Assembly (NCBI RefSeq): GCF_006345805.1
Contig: NC_043002.1
Location: forward strand, 65,348,001-65,412,000
Reading direction: 5' to 3'
Length of the DNA: 64,000 bases
DNA from: Octopus sinensis
Lineage: Eukaryota
Below the pieces are notes generated by a model. It saw nothing but the letters and a program-made list of their open reading frames with translations. It searched no databases and was not told where the DNA came from. Positions 55,284-64,000 of the stretch are shown here, in pieces (position 1 is the stretch's first letter; each line of letters starts with the position of its first letter). A program made the translations under genes and the position numbers.

Positions 55284-56425
55284 CATACATACATACATGC
55301 ATACATACACCTTTTTCTGGCAGAAACCGGTAGGCTTAATTTGTTGGAATGACTGCTAATTACTACGATTACTGTGTAGTCATTTGAAGCATGACCATCC
55401 CTGTCACATAGCCAGGGACACGAACACACCACAGCAAAGAAAAATATAACCTAAGGGAAATAACACAAAGCGTCCAGTGGCATGCATTTGAACAGCAGAA
55501 TCAAATAGAGGTATATCAAATACATTACACTATCAATTTATTAATATTATCTTCGCCATCTTATAATGGATTATCATTGCCAAATGGCAGCTAAGACAAT
55601 CTTCAGGTTAGAAGGGAAGATAATCTCAAAATTCAAGCATCTCCCAAATTGACTTGTCCCTAAGAAATGCATATTGTTGTGGACACATGTCTCTGCCTCA
55701 GTAGTTATCATTAGCACGATAATTGACCAACCACGTAACAAGTAGCCTGGGGGTTTAGTCTTACACAAAAAGAGTTGAACACATTTATGGCCTAAGCAAT
55801 TTATATAATTTAAGCAATAAAATGTCTTGAATTAAATAGTACATGTATTTGAAGAACATACAGGTAAATCAAATAGCATAAAACATAAATACCTGATATA
55901 TTATAAATTATCTTCGCCTCTTTTGAATGGGTGATACTGATCAAATAAACGTAAATTGTTCATAACTATTTCTTAAACTTAGCAGGCATTTATTATGTTT
56001 TCTTTGTTGTAATATGTTAGGGCAAGGTATTTGAATAAGAATTATGGTTTAATTGAATCGGAGTGAATCGAACACGCCTCTAATATGTGAAGAAGCCGTT
56101 TCTAAGATGAGAGTTTTATAGTACAAAGTGTCCGCCGTGACTTTACCGCACAACAAATATTATTAATGAACATACTACATATATATATAAACTTCCCCAG
56201 AATGGACGAAAGCGCTAATATATATGATATATGATATAAGTTATATGATTATAAAAACATGTAATATACAAATAAATATCTGTAAATATAAAACCATCCG
56301 AATTTCTGAGTACCTCATCTCTTCAAATATACATCATCTCCAAACCTTCTATTATATATATATATATATATATACAGACATATATACATGCATACATACA
56401 TACATACATACATACATACATACAT

Positions 56426-56484
<59 letters not shown>

Positions 56485-56596
56485 TGCACAAAAATATAAT
56501 ATCATTCAAACAACCTTCCAAGAAAAGTGCTAAAACTTTGGGTTTTTAAGAGATTATATTAAAGAAATTTCGGACTTAGACAAAATCACAATGATT

Positions 56597-56627
<31 letters not shown>

Positions 56628-57024
56628 GATATATATATATATATATATATATATACTTGCTAACGGTGTACTTTTTTAAGTTTTTGCAAAAACATACAGT
56701 GGATCCAACCTAGAACTATGTACGTGTATATGTATTTTCAGAAGGTTTAATGTGTTTATTTCGTAAATTCTTGCATGCATTAGTATGAAATGTTTTAAGA
56801 AAGATTAAAGCACTAAGAAAAAATAGAAGACAAAATCGATATGTAAACCCCCTTTTACTGTAATTATATAATAGAAGGTGAGTTTGTAATTACACTTCGT
56901 TTTTAACAAATTGGAATCTTCTCTCAGAAACACTCATGTTCATATATACATATACATACACAGGTATATAATTATATATACACAACTATGTATGTATATG
57001 CATATATATATATGTGTGTGTGTA

Positions 57025-57055
<31 letters not shown>

Positions 57056-57099
57056 GCAGATAGGTATGTATATATGGATATGTTTTTTGTGCGTATGTG

Positions 57100-57113
57100 G
57101 GTATACACACACG

Positions 57114-57144
<31 letters not shown>

Positions 57145-57257
57145 TATGTATTCCTAGACATCACTTACGTACAAATCAACATGCAAAAGCACGCATACAC
57201 ATATTTTATATATATATATATACATATATATATGTATACATATATATATATGTATAC

Positions 57258-57301
<44 letters not shown>

Positions 57302-57959
57302 ATATGTACATATATATATATAAATACACACACACACACACACACACATCTACGCGTACGTATGCATATAGTCATACAAGCATCTATGCATGCATACATT
57401 TAAATGTGTATAAATGTGTATACACATTTATGTGTTCATCATATTTGACTTTAAAGTGAATTTCAGTCCAATTATTCAAGTGATTTTATAAGTTTTCCGA
57501 CAACTAGGAAAATTGTACTACAATCCATTACTAAAGTATTGGCTACTACAAAAATCACTAAACAGGAAAAGTGTGATATTTTAGACTGTGTTGCTGTTTA
57601 GGTTTTGAACTTAATCTTTGTTTTTATAGCCACTGTTTCTAATATTGTTGTTGTTAATAATATTGTTGTAATCTTACTTAATGACTATTTGACTTTGCTT
57701 GTTTTATTTTGCTTTTTGGTTTTGTTGAAATCTTTGTATTAACTTATCTTGCATACATGCATACATACAACTCTGTGTACGTTTACACATACATCCAAAT
57801 ATACATATAAACACGCACATATATATATGTATACTCCAATATACACATTATATACAATATATATATATATATATATATACATACATATGTATATTTATAT
57901 ATATGTATATATACATATATATATACATCATGTGTATATTTATATATATACATGTATAT

Positions 57960-58008
<49 letters not shown>

Positions 58009-58076
58009 GCACACATACATAGATACATACATATATATATATAATATATAATATATATATACGCACACATACATAG

Positions 58077-58122
<46 letters not shown>

Positions 58123-58657
58123 CTGGATATACATACACATATACGCATGCACTGTATATGTGCTTCTGTATAAAGGTGTTTGTGTGTGACTTAGCTTGTG
58201 TCTGTCAATACATAGTTCTTTAATCCTTTTTAAAATGATGAATTTTATCTTCTTTGCTTCATCAACTTAAAAGCATTTTGTGGGGATTGGAAAAAGTTAA
58301 GAATGTTGCAAGTGAAACTTTTCTGGTTCGTGTGAACGCGTGTATGTGCACGTGTGTTTGTCATTGTGTGTATGTATGTATGTACACCTATGTATGTGTG
58401 TGTGCGTCGTGCATTAATTTTATATGATATGTGCCTGCGTCTGTTCTCATTTAAATTGTACGTATTTCACACCTTCGTAAGGCGTTAACGTTTCCAGTCA
58501 AAACAGGAGCACAACAAATATAAGGCAATACGTATGTATATGTTTGCGCGTCTGAGTGTATTTCTTTATGCGTACGTATGTAATATACGTGTGTGTATGT
58601 GTGTGTATGTGTGTGTGTGTGTTGAGAAGAGTATAGTTAGAAACATAGATAGATAAT

Positions 58658-58702
<45 letters not shown>

Positions 58703-58728
58703 GGATAGATAGATAGATAGAAACATAC

Positions 58729-58789
<61 letters not shown>

Positions 58790-59010
58790 AGATAGATAGA
58801 TAGACGGACTGACTGATAGAGATAGAGAGAGAGAGAGAAAGAAAGAAAGAAAGAAAGAAAGAAGGAAGGAAGGAAGAAGCAAACCAACAAAGAAGTAGAA
58901 GGGAAGAAAGGAAGAAACAAGCAAACAAAGAAAGGAGAAAGAAAGAAAGAAAGAAAAAGAAGATAGAAAGAAAGAAATGAAGGAAGAAAGGAAGGAAAGA
59001 AAGAAAGAGT
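57100..59010. repeat. (TA)n/(CA)n fields and a (GACA)n(GATA)n(GAAA)n array (58640-59010)
   Basis: Seen directly. Confidence 0.9.
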
Positions 59011-59289
59011 CGGTGATATAAACCGAAAATATCTCTCGAAACAAGTTTATATAATTTTCATTGTATTTCTGTAAGTTAAAAATGTTGGCAAAGGGTAGCA
59101 ATTTCGTGAAAGGAGCTAATTGATAATATCGACATTTGTACTCAACTGGAATTTCTTTTATTAAGGATTAAAGGCAAAGTCAGCGGTATTTGTACTCACA
59201 TCTTGAAGGCGGTAGAAATGCCGCTAAGCATTTTGTCCGGCCAGGTAACGATTTTAACAGATGACCGCTTTATATATGTATTATTTAAA

Positions 59290-59478
59290 AATTTTGTTAC
59301 AATCGCAGTTCGGGGAGTTGGGGACGAGTCGATTACATCGACCCCAATGTTTAACAGGTATTTATTTTATCTATCCAGAAAGGATGAAATGCAAAGTTGC
59401 GTCGGCGGGATTTGAACTCAGAACGTAGCGACGGCGAAATACCACTAAGTATTTCCTCCAGCATACAACGCCGCCTTA
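59290..59478 (-). mobile_element. SINE A with alternative tail
   Basis: Head ends at GGCGGCG 59470-59476; core matches. Confidence 0.7.
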
Positions 59479-59484
59479 TATATT

Positions 59485-60083
59485 TATTTCTTCATTGCCC
59501 ACAGGGGACTAAACATAAAGAGGACAAACAAGGACAGACAAAGGGATTAAGTCGATTACATCGACCCCAATGCGTAATTGGTATTTATTTAATCGATCCC
59601 GAAACGATGAAAGTCAAAGTTGACCTCGGCAGAATTTGATCTCAGAACGTAGCGACAGACGAAATACCTATTTCTTCACTACTCACAAGGGGCTAAACAC
59701 AGAGAGGACAAACAAGGACAGACAAACGGATTAAGTCGATTGTATCGACCCCAGTGCGTAACTGGTACTTATTTAATCGACCCCGAAAGGATGAAAAGCA
59801 AAGTCAACCTCGGCGGAATTTGAACTGAGAACGTAACAGCATACGAAATACCTATTTCTTTACTACCCACAAGGGGCTAAACACAGAGAGGACAAACAAG
59901 GACAGACGAACGGATTAAGTCGATTACATCGACCCCAATGCGTAACTGGTACTTATTTAATCGACCCCGAAAGGATGAAAGGCATAGTCGACCTCGGCGG
60001 AATTTGAACTCAGAACTCAACGGCAGACGAAATACCGCTAGGCATTTCGCCCAACGTGCTAAATTTTCTACCAGGTCACCGCC
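59485..60083 (-). mobile_element. SINE family A trimer
   Basis: Junctions GAAATACC|TATTTC at ~59668 and ~59852 on the plus strand. Confidence 0.9.
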
Positions 60084-60351
60084 CTTATTGCTATATGTAT
60101 TAAAGTGTGTAGAATCACAAGTGCACAGAAACGAAAAAAAAACTATCGAGGAAGAGAGAGTGTGAGAGAGAGAGAAAGAAATTAGAGTAATCGGAAATAA
60201 ATATTCATCTGTCGGAGCGTTCAGTTAGATGTCTCGTTTCGATTCCCAGCAGAAATCTGATCAAAGTTTTATTTGTCAAAATCTATGTTTCACTTTCTTG
60301 AGACTGATACATATGATATATTTATATATATATATAAATATATACATACAT

Positions 60352-60398
<47 letters not shown>

Positions 60399-60859
60399 TA
60401 TATATAAATTTAAATTTTCTTATAAATTATGTTTTTAAGTATACTTCACAATATTGCGCTAGATCCAAGGGTAAGAGAAAGTATAGAAGGTACACAGCCA
60501 GGGAATCGATAGAAATTTCAAAGCATAATTTAAAACATACAATGAAATAAATATACACATGAATTTATAAATCAGCGAACAAAACTACATATAAAAGTCA
60601 TATGTGAAAACTATGCATCATGTACATTGGGTTCAGGTACCAAATGGAGGAGTGACAAATAAAGAGATAAAATTTCGAGATAAAGGCTTCCACAAGGAAT
60701 TGATCAGGTTAAATATATATATAAGAATAATCAGCCGAAATTGCGAAGATGATCTGGTTCTTGACTAATGACTGAGAGCTTCGAAAGTCCCGTCCGTTTT
60801 TTTGTTGTATTCTAAATGTTTCACGTTCTTGTCCCAGTTTGTGTATTTTTTTAACTTTT

Positions 60860-60921
<62 letters not shown>

Positions 60922-61009
60922 GTATGCATGTATGTATGTATGTATGTATGTATTCATGTATGTATATATGTATTACAACAAAATTTATATCTTGAGCATT
61001 ATCCAAAAT

Positions 61010-61378
61010 TATGCATCCACAAAGCTATCGGAATTGAAATCTACAACAATCCTGGACCTGGACGGCACTGCACAGTACCAAAAGTTCCCATTTTCTCCAT
61101 CGAGGATACGAACCCAATATTGTAATAGCTTGGGATTCGAGCGACCACAACATTTTAATGCCCTACGACAGAACATCAAGGATCTGCAAGGTGTAGAGAT
61201 GGAAATCTTCCAAAAAAGGTCTAGACAGCTTTTTATCAGCAATTCCGGATGAACCCACATCGCGGCAGGAGACACAAAGAAGAGAGGCAAGGTACAACTC
61301 GCTACTTCACCAGAAGCCATGTCGCAAAAATTCCTGGACGCAGCAAAAGGTGGTGCACCATCATGGCCATGAAGATAA
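61010..61378 (+). mobile_element. CR1-like LINE 3' end
   Basis: GRHCTVPKVP, RTQYCNSLGF, PDEPTSRQET. Confidence 0.8.
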
Positions 61379-61379
61379 C

Positions 61380-61465
<86 letters not shown>

Positions 61466-61496
61466 CATATATAAAGATAAAAGATATATATATATA

Positions 61497-63682
61497 TCTC
61501 CCCGTCTGTCTTGATAGACAATGGGTTGCGCCAAGGGTGGGGCCTACTTTGATGATGTGCATCGTCTGCTGTGACTGAACAGTTCAATTCTAGAGTGGCA
61601 GTCCTTGGTACAGTTGCTGCACACGAACATCGATGGGTACGTGTGGGGTGTTGCTGCAGTTGTCCTCCTCCTGTCCCGCATGTCCAACCACAGCTGTGCT
61701 CTCCTCTCCTCAGCCATGGAAACGCCTTTCCTCACCGTCCGACGCCAGGCAGAGCGGTCAGCAGCTGTTTCCTCCCACGTGTCCACACAGATGTTGGCAG
61801 TCCTCAGGTCGCGCTTGCACACGTCCCTGTATCGTAGCTGTGGACGTCCCTTGGGTCGGGATCCCGTGGTGAGTTCGCTGTACAGGATGTCTTTAGGCAT
61901 GCGACCGTCCTGCATGCGGCAGTCGTGTCCGAGCCAGCGCAGTCGTCTCCGCACGAGGAGGGCATACATGCTTGGCATATTAGTCTGTTCCAGGATGACT
62001 CCGTTTGGTATTCGGTCCTTCCAGGAGATGCCAAGGATCTGTCGAAGACACCGCATGTGGAAGCCGCTGAGGCGGCATTCCTGCCAGGCGTATGTTGTCC
62101 AGCTCTCGCTGCCGTAGAGTAGGGTGCTCAGCACGCAGGCTCGGTACACTGCGATCTTGGTGGTTATTGTGAGCATGTTGTTTTCCCACACTCTCCTGGA
62201 GAGCTTAGCCATGGCAGCAGCAGCCTTCCCAATCCGTCTGTTCAGCTCCGGCTCGAGGGGCAGGCTGCTGGAGACCGTCGATCCCAGGTAAGTGAACTCG
62301 TTCACCACCTGCAAGCTGTGGTCGCCGACACTGATGCTGGGCCCCCCCCCCCCGACGTCCTGGCTTATGATCTCTGTCTTTTTCAGGCTGATGGTAAGGC
62401 CGAACTCTTGGCAGGCATCCGCCAGGGAGCTGACCAGCCTCTGGAGACCCGGTTGGTTGTGTGATGTTAGGGCGGCATCGTCAGCAAAGAGGATCTCTCT
62501 GATCAGCACCTGACGGACTTTGGTCTTAGCTCTGAGGCGCGCAAGATTGAACAATCCACCATCAGCCCTGGTGTGGAGGAACACTCCGTCGTCGGACGTT
62601 CTGAAGGCATAGGACAGGACAAGGGGAAGAAAATTCCGAAGAGCGTCGGCGCCAGAACGCAACCCTGTTTCACTCCACTCTGGATGGGGAATGACTCCGA
62701 CGGCGATCCGTCAAACAGCACTGTTCCCTGCATACCGTTGTGAAAGGAGGTGATGAGTTTCAGCAGTCTGGGAGGGCAACCTATCCTACCCTGGCAAAAG
62801 CCTTACCGACAGTGATATGCCCCTGTAATTATTGCAGTCGCTTCTGTCCCCTTTGTTTTTATACAGTGTGATGATGTTTGCGTCACGCATATCCTTAGGG
62901 ACAGAGCCCTCTTCCCAGCACTGACAGAGCAGCTCGTGGAGATGGCCCAGAAGGGCTGGCTTCCCGCACTGGATGACTTCTGCGGGGATGCCGTCTTGCC
63001 CTGGTGCCTTGCCCCGAGCGAGTGAGTCAATTGCTTTGCTCAGTTCTTCCTTTGTTGGAGGCAGGTCAAGCTCCTCCATGACAGGCAGAGCAGGAATGCC
63101 GGCGAGGGAAGACCTGGTGACCACATTCTCAGTGGAGTAGAGGTTCTGGTAATGCTCGACCCACCTCTCCATCTGCTTCGCTTGGTCCTTGATGACCTCG
63201 CCATCTCTGGACTTCAGTGGAGCAACCTTTCTGACAGTGGGCCCGAATGCTTTCTTCATTCCCTCGTACACCCCTTTCACGTTACCACTGTCAGCACAGC
63301 ACTGGATGTTCTGGCATAAGTTCTGCCAGTAGATGTTGGCGCAACATCTGGCTGTCCTCTGAGCGTCGCTTCTGGCTGCTCTCAGAGTAGCCAGGTTCTT
63401 TTCTGACGGGTCGCGCTTATAGTTGACCAGTGCTTCCCTCTTGGCAGCAATGACAGGCTCCATCTCAGGCAGGTGAGCTTCAAACCAGTCTTGATTTCTC
63501 CGCTCCCTCTTTCCTAGGGATGACATGGCTATTCTGCAAGTGGTGTCGCGAATAATCTGCCATCTCTCCTCGATGGACGTGGCTGCGTGATCTTTAATGG
63601 CCTCCTCCATGCGGTTGGTGAATTCCGAGCGGAGGTCGGGGTTGGTTGTCCTGGCGGTGTTGATGCGTGGTCGGCTTTTCCC
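61497..63682 (-). mobile_element. RTE-clade (BovB-like) LINE, 5'-truncated, with internal RT deletion
   Basis: KAPGQDGIP, KNKGDRSDCNNYRGISL, GVKQGCVLAPTLF, EILFADD, RRRLRWLGH, C-terminal C..C/H zinc motif; deletion joins VGKAFARV to RIGCPP; one frameshift; flanked by (TA)n. Confidence 0.95.
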
Positions 63683-63769
63683 TATATATATATATATACA
63701 GCGGCCTGCTTTTTCATTATTAATATTAAAACAAATGCAGGTATAATCGGTTCTCCTCCTTTCTACTAT

Positions 63770-63915
63770 GGGCGCAAGGCCTGATTTTTGACTGGTACTT
63801 AATTTATTGACCTCTAAATGATGAACGGCAAAGTCGATCTCGGTGGAATTTGAACTTAGAACGTACAAACGGACAAAATTTCAAGCGTCCTAAAGATTCT
63901 ACCAGTGCGCCACCT
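63770..63915 (-). mobile_element. Decayed SINE A
   Basis: Core ACTGGTACTTAATTTATTGACC...GAATTTGAACTTAGAACG. Confidence 0.65.
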
Positions 63916-63946
63916 AGAGTGCAGGTATAATAATCATTTTTATTAT

Positions 63947-64000
63947 TATGAGGGTCGGCTGAAAAGTTCCTAGGTTGAGCAAGACACCCCCATGGAATGT
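63947..64000 (+). mobile_element. Start of a mariner element (TIR), running off the window
   Basis: TA|TGAGGGTCGGCTGAAAAGTTCC. Confidence 0.55.

Overview
AT-rich, microsatellite-saturated animal DNA. The repeat repertoire (several tRNA-derived SINE families, CR1-, RTE- and Penelope-like retroelements, mariner/Tc1, hAT MITEs, non-autonomous Helitrons) suggests an octopod cephalopod; this is an inference. No host gene could be identified with confidence. Nearly all ORFs in the track are translations of (TA)n/(CA)n repeats or of transposon relics. The main observation is a family of retroposons that encode only a Gag-like ORF1 (RRM-like region plus CCHC knuckle) and have no ORF2. E1 (21269-22930) is apparently complete and has a 17-bp TSD. 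E2 is an older, divergent paralog into which E1 is nested. E3 (35796-37027) sits inside a SINE head with a 14-bp TSD. E1 and E3 end in a short stem-loop plus TAA(A/T)GAAATA tail that is shared with the most abundant SINE here, which points to a SINE/ORF1-only/LINE parasitic trio. That SINE also forms head-to-tail multimers (x2, x3, x4) that always join at the same junction, GAAATA|GGTATTTC.
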